NCBI GenBank assembly: GCA_016188965.1
Contig: JACPGT010000013.1
Coordinates: 116,609 to 180,608, forward strand
Length of the DNA: 64,000 bases
Direction: 5' to 3'
Origin: Candidatus Micrarchaeota archaeon
Lineage (GTDB): Archaea > Micrarchaeota > Micrarchaeia > Norongarragalinales > Norongarragalinaceae
Shown here: in pieces, positions 63,813 through 64,000 of the stretch
How the letters are laid out: every line of letters begins with the position of its first letter
Numbering within the stretch: position 1 is the first letter of the stretch
Made by a program: the position numbers and the translations under genes
Notes under the pieces: model-generated
What the model was told of the DNA's origin: nothing
What the model saw: only the letters and a program-made list of their open reading frames with translations
The model's database searches: none

Positions 63813-64000
63813 CCGCAAGACTAGCGTTGAACGTTTCCCCAGCATTTTTGTTCGAATCGGCATCCGGCGCATTTTCGCTTGTTCGTGACTTTTTCAGTTA
63901 AATCTCTAACCGTGAGGCACTTGTGCATTGCAAGAAGCTTTCCCTCAATAACGCGGTCAATTTCTTTCGTATAGGGTCGTCGCCAAAAAATCTCTCCCGT

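Noticed and set aside
1-64000. CRISPR arrays, rRNA genes, transposase or integrase genes
   Set aside because: I scanned for short regularly spaced repeats, rRNA-like conserved stretches and DDE/tyrosine-recombinase motifs and found none in this window.

Overview
This 64-kb window is high-GC (~60 %) and reads as archaeal. The evidence seen directly is: an intron-containing tRNA-Asn(GTT) with the intron at the canonical 37/38 position; TATA boxes about 27 nt upstream of leaderless starts; a long-type FKBP; an S-layer-like Thr/Ser-rich sequon-rich surface protein; and gatCAB. The lineage looks uncultivated (giant surface proteins and the mix of archaeal and bacterial-type genes are DPANN-like), but no taxon can be assigned from sequence alone.

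Layout:
- 1-9.8 kb: sugar-modification and signalling genes (GT4, GT2-like, an FHA transmembrane protein, an LMW-PTP). They are interrupted by toxin-antitoxin and defence cassettes (a UPF0175/PIN pair, an AAA ATPase, AbiEi/AbiEii). The cassettes are delimited by degenerate direct copies of the GT4 gene's 3' end.
- 9.9-47.8 kb: one almost uninterrupted minus-strand supercluster, from high to low coordinate.
  - Gene order: an S-layer-like protein, a lipoprotein, a membrane protein, an FKBP, three giant transmembrane-anchored repeat proteins (1804, 2025 and 3349 aa), a secreted Cys-rich protein, a small secreted protein, and a paralogous pair of His/Pro/Tyr-rich low-complexity proteins followed by a small helical protein.
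  - N-terminal module: the three giant proteins share a conserved cytoplasmic segment ending in [RK]-G-[IM]-P directly before the signal-anchor helix.
  - Plus-strand insertions: a YdjM-like membrane hydrolase gene and a HepT/MNT cassette. The cassette is flanked by ~30-bp direct repeats and sits next to five tandem hairpins.
- 48-64 kb: a tandem family of small His-rich membrane-protein paralogs; a promoter driving a leaderless 25-codon ORF that ends Asn-Asn 9 nt before the intron-containing tRNA-Asn, followed by gatCAB; a VapBC pair; pyrG joined out of frame to a 5'-truncated SDR gene; small hypothetical genes; guaB-guaA; and a low-GC (~40 %) tail encoding membrane proteins.

The strongest candidates for novelty are the giant-protein supercluster with its shared N-terminal module and the His-rich disordered protein operon. 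All annotations rest on motif recognition by eye; none was confirmed by a database search.
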